Under the pieces are notes generated by a model. The model saw only the letters and a list, made by a program, of their open reading frames with translations, ran no database searches and was not told where the DNA came from. Of a stretch of 64,000 nt of DNA, positions 30,100-45,246 are shown piece after piece. Source of the DNA: Chrysomallon squamiferum. Lineage: Eukaryota; Animalia; Mollusca. Position 1 is the first letter of the stretch, and each line of letters starts with the position of its first letter. Position numbers and translations under genes: made by a program. Location: the NCBI GenBank assembly GCA_012295275.1, contig CM022675.1, positions 4,154,001 to 4,218,000 of the forward strand, read 5' to 3'.

Positions 30100-31189
30100 C
30101 TAATATTTTCAGTGTTAAAATAGTGGCGTTTATACAAATAGATTTAACAGCGGTCAAAACATATTCTGTTAGTAATGTGCTTATTAATATTTCATCCAGT
30201 TTAATATTTGTTTCTTCCGTAACTCGTTTTATTGTAACTAATAATTCTGGCGTCTGCTTCACACTGAACTGCAAACAGAAGATTTTTTTGATTTTTTTTT
30301 TTTTTCTTGGCGGGAAATCACCAAAGAACTTCTGGCATGTTATTTTAAGTCTTGTTCACAAATCGATTGAAAATAGTTTTGCGGAGGATTTTTTTTTTTT
30401 TAATTTTAATAAATGTTTTGTTTTGTTTTGTGGGTTTTCTTTATGATGATGATGATGATATTTAACTTGATTTTCTTGTTTATTTATTAATTTATTTGTT
30501 TATTAACCGATCAGTCCTATTTCATATTTCAGTCAGTGTGCGTATAGTTTTGCTGTTCTGAACAACAATATATAGAAAAATTAAAAAAAAGTTAAAAAAA
30601 AAAAAAAAAAAAAAAAATAAAAAAAAAAAAAAAAAAAACGGTATTTATAAATAAATAAAACAAAGAAGAAAGCAATAATAATAGCAAAATACATCAAAAC
30701 AATTATTTTAATAACAACAACAACAACAACAACAACAGCATTTCACGTAGTAGCGCGGTTTCTTAAGATTTATTTTCGTCCGCTGTTAGAAGACAAAACA
30801 ACTCTTTCTAAATCATCAGTTCCTGTTCACACTGCAACAACTGTATTAGTATTCCTACATATCACGTGACCTGCAATTGTGATCGGACAGGACCAGTTGT
30901 TGTAAATGCATAAACTGTGAAATAACCATCAATATATTTTCTGAATTTGCTTCCCACTTTCTATTTTCTATTGGTTGACCTACATTTTGGTGAAACTGGG
31001 CCAAGGTTTCAGAAACATCAGTGTTTTAACGTTATGTACTATAACACAAATTAACATTAATCGGAAATATGTTATGGAGTATTTTCACACATCAAAAGGA
31101 TATATATATCGTTGTTATGATTAATAAAGGATTAGCAACCTTAAGTGATTGACATACAAATGATTTGAAATATGTTTTATTACAAAGAT

Positions 31190-31243
<54 letters not shown>

Positions 31244-31312
31244 TAATAATAATTAAAAGAACAACTACATTAACAATAAAAATAGCAACAAAAACAATGA
31301 CACAATCACACA

Positions 31313-31346
<34 letters not shown>

Positions 31347-31616
31347 TTACTACTAACAACAACAACAACAACAAAAACAAACAACTAAATAAATGAATCA
31401 AATAAGTGGTGAAAAAAAATGGCCTGTTATCAAGAACACACCTAAGGATTAAGGATGTAAACAAAAACATAAAATAAACACAAACAGAAAATTGGATGGT
31501 CATTGAAAACACCTAATACACAGTGAAAACACTAACGTGTTAAAAACGCTTGCTATTACAGTTTATTACTTTCACAAAGACTGTAGTAAGTGATCGGTTT
31601 AATTTTTACCTTTTCA

Positions 31617-31655
<39 letters not shown>

Positions 31656-31793
31656 TCAAATTTTTAATTAACATTTCCGCTAAATTTTGTGGACTCAGTC
31701 TATTAAGAGATTTTTTATGCAGTAGTAATGCGAAAAAAATTAAATAATCGAAAATGGTCCTCATTTGTAAAGGGCTAAAGTACTTAATGACAA

Positions 31794-31845
<52 letters not shown>

Positions 31846-31937
31846 TTTATTTATCGTTAGTAATATTTCGTAAATTCACGGGGACTCAATCTGTTAAGAG
31901 TTATTTTATAGAGTACTATGTATAAATACAGTATGTA

Positions 31938-31978
<41 letters not shown>

Positions 31979-32347
31979 ATGTTACTTACACTATTAACCA
32001 AATTAAAACAAGAAATGAGAAACTCAGGTAATTATTTTATTTAAATATTTTCAGTCAAAAAGTAAATAAAGGGTACACAAAATATATGAAATTTACAATT
32101 AATAATTTCTAATTTTCAGAAATATTTAACTACAGTATTAGAACATCTGTTAATATTAAGACTCCACCATAAATATAGTACAAATAATTTAAAATAATAA
32201 TAAATAAATAAACCAATAAAAAAAAATCAATGTATCAAAATTGTATATTAACTATTCAAATCATGTAATATAGTTTTATTTTCTTTTCAAACCATATGGT
32301 GTCTTTCATGCATAATATTAAAAGTTGTATGCAAAAAACTTGTAGCT

Positions 32348-34359
32348 AATAGTAAGAGAAAGCAATGGGGATGCATCATGTTCTTATTAAAATTTACTTC
32401 AATACTGGCAAACACTAAATGTTTAAAAATTATTTTTCATTATCAGTATTTTATTTATTAACTCACTATATTTTATTACTATTATTATTTTATTTTATTT
32501 TGTTTTATTGGTTTTTTTATTATTATTTTTTTTTTAATTTCTTTCAATTGTTTTGACAAGTAGGTCATGTTCATGTGTAATGCACTCATGTGACAACAAA
32601 GTATTTTTCAGTATTTCTGTGAATAGTCAAACCTTGAGTGCCAGCATAATTAGATGTTATTACAAGCTATTTGGTCAGTTTTCAAAATCTAATTAATATC
32701 TAATAAATAAACAAATTAAATATTGGATTCTAAATATACAAGCTCTATTGCTGAATAATACTTACAATAAAATAAATATCAACAATGATAAACAAATAAA
32801 GAAAGAATGAAAAAAGAAATGAAAAACATTAAAAAAAAAAAGAATTCTAATCCCTTACAAGAAGAAACTTTTTTCTTCAGATTTATTCCAAATGTAGCTG
32901 ATTTGTCCACTCTACAACATAATAGTTTTATGATTAAATTGATGGGTCTCAGTTGGTACCAAACAAACTAACCAGACACATCAGCCCCTCCTCACTGACT
33001 GCTCTGTTTTACAGGCTAAAAACAAATGGTTCAAGTGTCTGATGTATGGGGATATGGACTATTGCTGAAATCCATAAATCCATCTGTGAAAAATCACAGA
33101 GAATAAATATCAAGTTCACTCTATCAACTTATGATACCGTTTGAGTACAGATACCAAAATATGAAAGTACAGATACCAAAATAAAATGCAAATAAGAACT
33201 GAGAGAAAAAATAAAAAAATAAAAAAATTAATAATGATGATTTGTCTCTTGTTAATAATGTAAATAAATCTTTAGTTTCAATCTCAGTGAATAAGATACA
33301 TATAGGAATATTAAAAATTTAAGTGATCAAAGAGATTTGTAGATATAATGTTATTAACAACTGATATATTTTAAACTTTATTTTCATTCTACTTACAATG
33401 ACAGGACTATATTATATGTTGTATTTATGACGATGTATTTAAAATAATTAAATATGCAAGTTCCTTGCAAACACAGATTCTCTTTTACAGTAACAGTCAC
33501 AACTGATTTACAGTTTTCAGATGTTCTAAGTTACTTAGCTTTAGTACAACCATTATAATATATCATAACATAATGAGAAAATCTATGTATAATAATAAAA
33601 AATTAAATATGTGAGCATAATGTTCTATAGCTTTTTAACTTCTGTTTAGAATCAAGTAATATTTACAAAGGAAACTAGCTTTGTTGACAATAATGAAGGA
33701 ACCTCCATAAATAATATTACAGCTTCATGATAGACATTTTAATATAGTTTCTCTTATCTACATATTACAGCTTCATCACATACGTTTTAATAGTTTCTCT
33801 TAGCTACATATTACAGCTTCATCATATACACATTTTAATGTAGTTTCTCTTAGCTACATATTACAGCTTCATCATATACACATTTTAATGTAGTTTCTCT
33901 TAGCTACATATTACAGCTTCATCATATACACATTTTAATATAGTTTCTCTTAGCTACATAAATATTACAACTTCATGATACAGACATTTTAAGACAGTTT
34001 CTCTTAAGCTTCATGATACACACATTTTAATAGTTTCTCTTAGATCATCTGACATTTGTTTTCAATAGAGACAGAACTGGGAGGAAAAACATCAAACAGA
34101 AAGGGAAAATATTTAAAAATTCTAATTATGTAATACTCTTTCTTTACATTTTACAGACACTTCATTTTCATTCTCCTTGAGGGGACTTTTTTAGTACAGA
34201 ATAAAACAAACTATGATGTAATACTTTAATTAAATTCCTGGTTTCTGTTCTTCTGTAGGTCTGTTCCACTTATTGGACCAACAGTGCTCATGTGCATTGC
34301 AATTTGTAACTTAAGTGACACCAAGTTATGTTCAGTATTAAGAGAACAAAATAAAATAC

Positions 34360-34408
<49 letters not shown>

Positions 34409-36677
34409 GTAATAAATTAAATGAATTTTGTAGGTTGTTTGATTTACATTTAAAAGATGAAATGAAAGTGAGGTCATATTTCATGAACTTCATTTACAGA
34501 ACCAATCACCAAAAAGTGAAAATAAGAATCAATATTATATTTTAATGTTTGATTTGATGTTTAAATTTAAAACATATTACCAACATCAACTTCATTTACA
34601 GAAACAATCACCAAAAAGTGAAAATAAGAATAAATGTTTTATATTTTAATTTGATGTTTTAATAGTAAGAGAAAGCAATGGGGATGCATCATGTTCTTAT
34701 TAAAATTTACTTCAATACTGGCAAACACTAAATGTTAAAAATTATTTTTCATTATCAGTATTTTATTTATTAACTCACTATATTTTATTACTATTATTAT
34801 TTTATTTTATTTTGTTTTATTGGTTTTTTTATTATTATTTTTTTTTTAATTTCTTTCAATTGTTTTGACAAGTAGGTCATGTTCATGTGTAATGCACTCA
34901 TGTGACAACAAAGTATTTTTCAGTATTTCTGTGAATAGTCAAACCTTGAGTGCCAGCATAATTAGATGTTATTACAAGCTATTTGGTCAGTTTTCAAAAT
35001 CTAATTAATATCTAATAAATAAACAAATTAAATATTGGATTCTAAATATACAAGCTCTATTGCTGAATAATACTTACAATAAAATAAATATCAACAATGA
35101 TAAACAAATAAAGAAAGAATGAAAAAAGAAATGAAAACAAAAACATAAAAAAAAAAAAGAATTCTAATCCCTTACAAGAAGAACTTTTTTTTTCTTCAGA
35201 TTTATTCCAAATGTAGCTGATTTGTCCACTCTACAACATAATAGTTTTATGATTAAATTGATGGGTCTCAGTTGGTACCAAACAAACTAACCAGACACAT
35301 CAGCCCCTCCTCACTGACTGCTCTGTTTTACAGGCTAAAAACAAATGGTTCAAGTGTCTGATGTATGGGGATATGGACTATTGCTGAAATCCATAAATCC
35401 ATCTGTGAAAAATCACAGAGAATAAATATCAAGTTCACTCTATCAACTTATGATACCGTTTGAGTACAGATACCAAAATATGAAAGTACAGATACCAAAA
35501 TAAAATGCAAATAAGAACTGAGAGAAAAAAAAAAAAATAAAAAAATTAATAATGATGATTTGTCTCTTGTTAATAATGTAAATAAATCTTTAGTTTCAAT
35601 CTCAATGAATAAGATACATATAGGAATATTAAAAATTTAAGTGATCAAAGAGATTTGTAGATATAATGTTATTAACAACTGATATATTTTAAACTTTATT
35701 TTCATTCTACTTACAATGACAGGACTATATTATATGTTGTATTTATGACGATGTATTTAAAATAATTAAATATGCAAGTTCCTTGCAAACACAGATTCTC
35801 TTTTACAGTAACAGTCACAACTGATTTACAGTTTTCAGATGTTCTAAGTTACTTAGCTTTAGTACAACCATTATAATATATCATAACATAATGAGAAAAT
35901 CTATGTATAATAATAAAAAATTAAATATGTGAGCATAATGTTCTATAGCTTTTTAACTTCTGTTTAGAATCAAGTAATATTTACAAAGGAAACTAGCTTT
36001 GTTGACAATAATGAAGGAACCTCCATAAATAATATTACAGCTTCATGATAGACATTTTAATATAGTTTCTCTTATCTACATATTACAGCTTCATCACATA
36101 CGTTTTAATAGTTTCTCTTAGCTACATATTACAGCTTCATCATATACACATTTTAATGTAGTTTCTCTTAGCTACATATTACAGCTTCATCATATACACA
36201 TTTTAATGTAGTTTCTCTTAGCTACATATTACAGCTTCATCATATACACATTTTAATATAGTTTCTCTTAGCTACATAAATATTACAACTTCATGATACA
36301 GACATTTTAAGACAGTTTCTCTTAAGCTTCATGATACACACATTTTAACAGTTTCTCTTAGATCATCTGACATTTGTTTTCAATAGAGACAGAACTGGGA
36401 GGAAAAACATCAAACAGAAAGGGAAAATATTTAAAAATTCTAATTATGTAATACTCTTTCTTTACATTTTACAGACACTTCATTTTCATTCTCCTTGAGG
36501 GGACTTTTTTAGTACAGAATAAAACAAACTATGATGTAATACTTTAATTAAATTCCTGGTTTCTGTTCTTCTGTAGGTCTGTTCCACTTATTGGACCAAC
36601 AGTGCTCATGTGCATTGCAATTTGTAACTTAAGTGACACCAAGTTATGTTCAGTATTAAGAGAACAAAATAAAATAC

Positions 36678-36732
<55 letters not shown>

Positions 36733-39096
36733 GTAATAAATTAAATGAATTTTGTAGGTTGTTTGATTTACATTTAAAAGATGAAATGAAAGTGAGGTCA
36801 TATTTCATGAACTTCATTTACAGAACCAATCACCAAAAAGTGAAAATAAGAATCAATATTATATTTTAATGTTTGATTTGATGTTTAAATTTAAAACATA
36901 TTACCAACATCAACTTCATTTACAGAAACAATCACCAAAAAGTGAAAATAAGAATAAATGTTTTATATTTTAATTTGATGTTTTAATAGTAAGAGAAAGC
37001 AATGGGGATGCATCATGTTCTTATTAAAATTTACTTCAATACTGGCAAACACTAAATGCTAAAAATTATTTTTCATTATCAGTATTTTATTTATTAACTC
37101 ACTATATTTTATTACTATTATTATTTTATTTTATTTTGTTTTATTGGTTTTTTTATTTTTTTTTTTTTTTTTAGTTTCTTTCAATTGTTTTGACAAGTAG
37201 GTCATGTTCATGTGTAATGCACTCATGTGACAACAAAGTATTTTTCAGTATTTCTGTGAATAGTCAAACCTTGAGTGCCAGCATAATTAGATGTTATTAC
37301 AAGCTATTTGGTCAGTTTTCAAAATCTAATTAATATGTAATAAATAAACAAATTAAATATTGGATTCTAAATATACAAGCTCTATTGCTGAATAATACTT
37401 ACAATAAAATAAATATCAACAATGATAAACAAATAAAGAAAGAATGAAAAAAGAAATGAAAAACATTAAAAAAAAAAAGAATTCTAATCCCTTACAAGAA
37501 GAAACTTTTTTCTTCAGATTTATTCCAAATGTAGCTGATTTGTCCACTCTACAACATAATAGTTTTATGATTAAATTGATGGGTCTCAGTTGGTACCAAA
37601 CAAACTAACCAGACACATCAGCCCCTCCTCACTGACTGCTCTGTTTTACAGGCTAAAAACAAATGGTTCAAGTGTCTGATGTATGGGGATATGGACTATT
37701 GCTGAAATCCATAAATCCATCTGTGAAAAATCACAGAGAATAAATATCAAGTTCACTCTATCAACTTATGATACCGTTTGAGTACAGATACCAAAATATG
37801 AAAGTACAGATACCAAAATAAAATGCAAATAAGAACTGAGAAAAAAAAAAAAAAAAAAAAAAATTAATAATGATGATTTGTCTCTTGTTAATAATGTAAA
37901 TAAATCTTTAGTTTCAATCTCAATGAATAAGATACATATAGGAATATTAAAAATTTAAGTGATCAAAGAGATTTGTAGATATAATGTTATTAACAACTGA
38001 TATATTTTAAACTTTATTTTCATTCTACTTACAATGACAGGACTATATTATATGTTGTATTTATGACGATGTATTTTAAAATAATTAAATATTCAAGTTC
38101 CTTTCAAACACAGATGGTCATGTTTACAGTAACAGTCACAATTTACAGTTTTCAGATGTTCTAAGTTGTGTTTTAGCTTTTAAATAAAAATATATAAATA
38201 ATATAAAACAATAACAACATTATGAGAAAATCTATGTATAATAATAAAAAAATTAAATATGTGAGCATAATGTTCTATAGCTTTTTAACTTCTGTTTAGA
38301 ATCAAGTAATATTTACAAAGGAAACTGATTTTGTTGACAATAATGAAGGAACCTCCATAAATAATATTACAGCTTCATGATAGACATTTTAATATAAAAG
38401 TTTCTCTTATCTACATATTACATGTTCATCTTTTAAATTTTAATAGTTTCTCTTAGCTACATACAAAGGAAGCTTCATCATATACACATTTTAATGAAGT
38501 TTCTCTTAGCTACATATTACAGCTTCATCATATACACATTTTAATGTAGTTTCTCTTATCTACATATTACAGCTTCATCATATACACATTTTAATGTAGT
38601 TTCTCTTAGCTACATATTACAGCTTCATCATATACACATTTTAATATAGTTTCTCTTAGCTACATAAATATTACAACTTCATGATACAGACATTTTAAGA
38701 CAGTTTCTCTTAAGCTTCATGATACACACATTTTAATAGTTTCTCTTAGATCATCTGACATTTGTTTTCAATAGAGACAGAACTGGGAGGAAAAACATCA
38801 AACAGAAAGGGAAAATATTTAAAAATTCTAATTATGTAATACTCTTTCTTTACATTTTACAGACACTTCATTTTCATTCTCCTTGAGGGGACTTTTTTTA
38901 ATACAGAATAAAACAAACTATGATGTAATACTTTAATTAAATTCCTGGTTTCTGTTCTTCTGTAGGTCTGTTCCACTTATTGGACCAACAGTGCTCATGT
39001 GCATTGCAATTTGTAACTTAAGTGACACCAAGTTATGTTCAGTATTAAGAGAACAAAATAAAATACAATAATAATAATAATAATAATAATAATAAT

Positions 39097-39136
<40 letters not shown>

Positions 39137-39381
39137 TAAATGAATTTTGTAGGTTGTTTGATTTACATTTAAAAGATGAAATGAAAGTGAGGTCATATTT
39201 CATGAACTTCATTTACAGAACCAATCACCAAAAAGTGAAAATAAGAATCAATATTATATTTTAATGTTTGATTTGATGTTTAAATTTAAAACATATTACC
39301 AACATCAACTTCATTTACAGAAACAATCACCAAAAAGTGAAAATAAGAATAAATGTTTTATATTTTAATTTGATGTTTAAT
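32348..39381. repeat. Tandem segmental triplication of a unit of about 2.3 kb (copies start at 32348, 34661, 36985)
   Basis: Near-identical copies; the same short ORF recurs at 34226, 36544 and 38933; each unit contains a minisatellite of about 44 bp and an (AAT)n tract. Confidence 0.95.
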
Positions 39382-39840
39382 TTTAACTTTAAAAGATTAA
39401 ATGAAACTGAGATCATATTTCCAACTTCAACTTTGTTTACAGAAACAAATGGCATAAAACTGAAAATAAGAATCAATATTATATTTTAATGTTTGATTTG
39501 ATGTTTAAATTTAAAACATATTACCAACATCAACTTTGTTTACAGAAACAAGCAGCATGAAAGAAGAAAATAAAAATCAGTATTATATTTTAATGTTTGA
39601 TTTCATGTTTAAATGATTAAATGAAACTGAATCACATTGCCAACATCAACTTTGTTTTCAGAAACTATCTCCAAAAACTGAAAATAAGAATCAATATTAT
39701 ATTTTAATGTTTGATTTCATGTTTAAATTTAAATTTAAAAGATTAAATGAAACTGAATCATATTGCCAACATCAACTTTGTTTACAGAAACAGTTGCCAA
39801 AACCTGAGCGAAGAATCAACATTATCTTTTAATGTTCAAC
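39200..39840. repeat. Degenerate tandem repeat of about 100-120 bp (CAACATCAACTTTGTTTACAGAAAC...AATAAGAATCAATATTATATTTTAATGTTTGATTT)
   Basis: About 6 diverged copies; the first two are included in the triplicated unit. Confidence 0.8.
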
Positions 39841-41415
39841 TTTTAAACGATAAAATAAAAATGACATCATGCTGCAAACTCCCTTTTCCCTTTAAATAAA
39901 CAACTGTCTGCTTAATTTTCCAGTTTAGAAACTAAAGGAGATCAGTTTTCCAGTTTCCTTAACATACTTTTATTGTTATTTATTTATCATTATTATTATT
40001 TACATTATTTAGAAACAAACTGAAATAATTACAGGAAGAACTACAAGTAGCAACAAGAGACATTTTAAGTGCACTGTCCCAAAATGCACATAAATCTGTT
40101 CCATAAACAAGTTGTAAGCTTCTGACCATCAGACTAAAACTAAATTTACCACTGAGATACAGGAAAGAGATTTAACAAAACACAAATAAATAAATTTTAA
40201 AAAGAACAAGTATGAAAAAATGCTAAATGCTGTCATATTATGGTTGCGAATTCTGGTAAATCAAGTCCAGTTTGTTATATTTGTTATAAAATTACAACAT
40301 TCAGGTAGACTCAGTTTAACGTGACAGTTATGTTTGTTTGAAAATTTACACAGGAGAAATTAGTCTGATGTGAGTAATATGTTTCTCTTACATGATTATA
40401 AAAAAGAAAACAGAAATAAGTCATCGACTCAGTTTGATGAGATTTTTGCTTCGTTTTATAATTGAGAGCAAAAATGTGATTGACTGTTTTTCCAACACTA
40501 GGACAAGAGTTGGCTTATAACTGAGTGAGCAAATGATTTCTTTCACTGAAAGCAAATGATTGCCATTCAGATTACTATATTCTGTATGACTGAGAAATTG
40601 AATTTAAAAAAATAATAATGAATGCTGTAACCACTGAAATTTGGTTAACAGTATGAAACACTAACTTACAAAGTCCTGTTTTTGAAAAAATAGTATTACA
40701 ATTAGAAAAAATGTTGTGTAGTCCTAGAAAGCTTCTTATCACCGATTCGCTTTCCACCAACCCAGCCATTTGCTGTTATAAATTACAGATCTGCCTTTAG
40801 TGGCAATTTCAGAACAGTTTTGCCATTTCTGTGACCTATCACCAAAACATGTGGTTTGCACCTCTCCCCCAGGGAAACCCATGGACCTCCCTTTTTGATG
40901 ATTAACAGATTTATATGTCAGAACACATATGTCATAACACTGCAAGAAGATAGCTGGCAAAATCATCAACCCCCCCCAAAAAAAAAAATGTTCATTTTTT
41001 TTTATCTTTTTATAATAATAATAATTTTGTGACAGGTCAGTATAAACAGCAAAGTTAAAACAAATAAAACTGGCTTTAGGGTGTCATTCAAATCTAAATA
41101 AGCATTATATAAATATTCACTGGAGATGTGTGTGTGTGTGTGTGTGTGTGTTACACACACATATGCACAATATATTGAAAAAATAAATGTAAAATAGAGA
41201 TAAAATAAATTTAACAAATTTCTTTTTATGAACTCTTCATATGTAATATATCAATATATCATGAATGTTTAAACTGAAGTTATTTGACTGCTTTGTAACT
41301 TATACTGATAACAGATGTTATGGTTAAAAATATGCAACATTTTATTTTTTGTTTCATACCACTTGTTACACAAAAAAACAAAAAAAAAAAAAAAAACCTA
41401 AAATCATCTGATATT

Positions 41416-42085
41416 CAGTCAACTCTGACAAGATGAAATGGAAGGGGTCAGTAAAATAGTTTGAGTTTACAGATTTCAAATTTTTACAGAAGTGCCAATG
41501 AATGAGTAATCTACATTTCATACTGCATGAAATAAACTCTGGTGTGTTTGGTAAACAAAGTAAATAACAAAATTAAATAAAAACAAATGAATATAACACA
41601 ACCAGCTTGTTTGACACAATACACTTATTAGTAAATAAAACAAACATGAATCAGTGAACAACAAAGTTCTTTAAAGTGTGTCTGCAGTTATTTAGCATGT
41701 AAACAGACCTCACACTGTGAAAACACAGATGACTGAGTTAGCAAATTTTGTTCTGCTTAATCAGTAACCATTGTTCTCTATTTACCAGTTCATAGTTTGT
41801 GCTTTGAATTCTTTCAGTGGGTTTTCTATAATCAAAAGAGCAACAGTTTTACCAAGAATACAAGAAATTTTCAACCCACAAGTGATGTTTGTCCTATCTA
41901 TGAGTTTTTTGTTTACTACTCCAGCACTTTGAGTTACAGAAGGCTAATTTCTATTAAATCAGTAGTTTGGGACCAAGTTAATGCAAAGGTTACTGTTACT
42001 AACATAATAATTACAGGTCTTCAGTCTTGGCCAGCCTTTCAGTTCAATAGACTGAGTGTTGGACATTTGAGTTTCAAGTTTACTG
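41416..42085. mobile_element. Decayed Tigger/Tc1-like MITE
   Basis: Begins CAGTCAACTCT...GAAGGGGTCAG...TTTGAGTT and ends TTTGAGTTTCAAGTTTACTG; degenerate inverted termini and repeated TTTGAGTT motifs. Confidence 0.4.
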
Positions 42086-42124
42086 CTGCAAAAAGTTAAC
42101 AATAAAGTCTTTAATAAATTAAAA

Positions 42125-43925
42125 ATATATTTTATTAAATGTTACATGTCAAATGCTCTACTTTAGAAAAATAATAATAATAAATAAAAATATATATATA
42201 TATACAAGTACACTATGGTTGTGCATACAGATGTACAGATTATTTTGGACAGTGAAATGACATCTGACATCACATTATGATTAACATAATATGAAATTAT
42301 TATTTTTTAGGTTACAGAACTGAAAATTATTTAAAATTAAAAAAAAGTTAAATTAAATTGGAAAATTGATTTACCCAGTAAATTCCAATTTGCATGGAAA
42401 TTATAAACACAAAAGAAAAGTTCAGAAAAGTTCAGCAATGTTCAAACAGTAACAGACACCTGTTTTAAAGTCAATGCAGAACTTTTTTGTTACATTAAAT
42501 AATAATTATAAAATATAGATGGCATACTTGACTGAAAGAAAATGGCAAACAGGCAGTAGAATTTAGATAAAACTGTAAATAATTACAATAACATGTTTTG
42601 TTTCTTTTGCTATTAAGACAAAAAGCACATTCATATTTACTGCTTTTAATTTTAAACATGTTATTATTCATAATCCCTGGATTTCACTTTTTTCTCTCTA
42701 AATTAAATATCTAAACTGAATACAGTATTACTGTTTTGAATAATTCTGACTTACATTATGAAGACGACACAAATTTCAACATCTTTCACTGTATACGAGT
42801 AGCAATTATTTGAATATAAACAAAAATAAAGAGAAAATAATTATAAATTTAAAATTATGTAAATCTTGTTTTCAGTCTTTATCTTATCTTTTTGTTGATC
42901 TGTAAATATTCTGTTACAGCTGACTTATCTCCACTGTCACTTTCTTGTCTCTGAAGAAAAAAAAAAAAAAAAAACTGTAAAAATATGAGACATGATTTTA
43001 TTAATTGTTTTTTTTGGAGAAAAAACAATATCAGTAAAAATAGTTAAAACAGTCTTGTAACATTTTATTTTTATTTAAAAAAAAACACTAATCAAAATAA
43101 AACGTGTATGTTAAACTTAGAGGCATTAACTAACTATCAGTAAACTGAATATGGTTTGTGAATATTTAAGATTAATAATGAAGTAAAAAATCAAATCATT
43201 TTAGTTAACATCTCATAATGAAAATTAGTTTGAGTTTACATTACCTGATGATCAGAAATAATTTCTAAGAAAATAAATCTAAACTTGTCAAGTGTCACCT
43301 GAAAACTAGTTGTTCTGGAAGCTGTTTCAACATTTTCTGCTTAATATTATTTTGGTTTCTGTCTGCAAAATCTACAAACGAAACCTGAAATTTTATTAAA
43401 ACTACATTTTAATGGTCAGATGTTATTTTAATTTTCAGAGAAGTTTATTTCTGGAGTTATTTCAAAATACATTTGCAAATGTGAGTGAGATAAAAGATGG
43501 AAAATGAAACGAGAGAGTGGGAGAGAGATTAAATAATGAACACAAATTAAATGGATAAAGAATATTATTATATAAAAAATATATACTGAACTGCTTCATG
43601 TTTTTGATCCTATTTTTTATTTTTTGTAGGTTTTGTTTAAAATAAATGTAGTAGGCTACATACTTTATTTATTTTTTTACATTTAAACGAAGAAAAGATA
43701 ACAAAATAAAATTAAAAAGTGAAATATACCTTGGCTTGAGTGGATACTGTTCAGTGATGCATTTGTCGCATTTCTGGTTCTAGTTCTAGTTGGAATTTTT
43801 CCACTTCTAATTCATCAAATATTCTGTAGACTGGCTTATTTCTTAAATAGAAAAATCGAGGAAACAGTCTGACAATAATCCAAGTCTTCGGTGGAAACTA
43901 CTGTTTTTAAAACACAACATTCCAA
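42125..43925 (-). ncRNA. Probable spliced non-coding transcript (exons about 43730-43920, 43245-43385, 42755-42951, terminal exon to about 42125)
   Basis: Canonical sites AAG|GTATAT (43729), TTTCAG| (43386), CAG|GTAATG (43244), T-tract-CTTCAG| (42952), AAT|GTAAGT (about 42754); AATAAA near 42131; promoter motifs upstream; no ATG-initiated long ORF. Confidence 0.4.
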
Positions 43926-43939
43926 AATTCGCTTTTATT

Positions 43940-44010
43940 ATTCAATATGGCTGCTTAAATTAGCAGACGAAGTACCTGCTCGTGACGTCATCTCCCGCGG
44001 TCGCATAAAA
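43940..44010. promoter_or_regulatory. Promoter-like patch with YY1-like (AATATGGCTGC), CRE (TGACGTCA 43983-43990) and TCCCGCG motifs
   Basis: Motifs seen directly in a local CpG cluster. Confidence 0.5.
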
Positions 44011-44130
44011 CTAAATTGATACATTAAAAATTCTTAATTATGATGATAATAAAAATGAAATAATTTAAAATATAGTGAATACAATACGATGTTATAGGCT
44101 GGGAGTAACTCAGTAATTTAACAAGTGTTG

Positions 44131-44177
<47 letters not shown>

Positions 44178-44648
44178 TTTTTCCTGATTACAATAACTGC
44201 TCCCATTCCGCCGGTTTGTACCGGTTATTAAACTTACAATTTCAGTGCATTCACACTGCAAATCTTGTGATGTACTTTTAAAGATTTTTGATTTCTGTTA
44301 AAATTTTGTTAACCAGTGATGAAAATGTCCATCAGTTCAGTATGCAATTCAAGTAGGGTCTTACAAAGATAATAACAGTGATGAATAAAAAAAATAAAAA
44401 TAACAAAATAACGCCCCGTTTCAAACTGCTTTCTGTTAATCAGTGCTAAATACATAAGTATGACTTAATTCGGTTTAGATCGCTTATTTTTCCTTTCTGA
44501 AGACTTCAGTGACAAAAACTATCTTTAATAAAGGATTTGCTTTGCCTGCGCAAGGAGAGTAAGCCCCATAAAAAGTGGGCCCATCTCAGCAGACCCTTCC
44601 ATTTTTATTCCAAGAATAGTAAAAATCGTTTAAAATGTCAGTGATTAA

Positions 44649-44696
<48 letters not shown>

Positions 44697-45246
44697 CTAC
44701 TTTTATTATTATTATGATTGCTGCTACTACTATTAAAAATATAATTTCTAAATAAAATAAATAATACAGAAAATAAAACAAACAACAACAATCAAGTAAA
44801 AATTATATCAAGATTTATATCTATATATAATTTGTTATCATCATGACAATAATACTTCTTATAATTATTGTTATTTCTTTTTCTTCCTTTTTTTCGGTGG
44901 AGGGGGGCACGGGTCGTTTCTATTTATTTTTAGACTGGTACAGTTTATTTATTTATTTATTCATTTATTTATTACTTTTATTTTTATTTTTTGAAATTTA
45001 TTTGATTTAATTTGATTTGTTCTATTTTATTTCATTCGTTTTCATTTCAGTTCGCATTTCGTAATTTAATCTATTTATCTGTATTTTACTTACATGTTTG
45101 TGTGTGTGCATGCGCGAACCTTTGCGTATGTTACTACGGGTATATTTTTTTTTTTTATTATGGTTATTATTCTATCAATTTCAGTATCATTGTTTTTCAC
45201 ATATTTTTGTAACATAAAACAAAATACTTTTTTCTTTTCAAATTTA

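Noticed and set aside
34226-39196. Three near-identical 83-87 aa ORFs suggesting a gene family
   Set aside because: They contain poly-Tyr from (AAT)n and recur only because of the 2.3 kb triplication.
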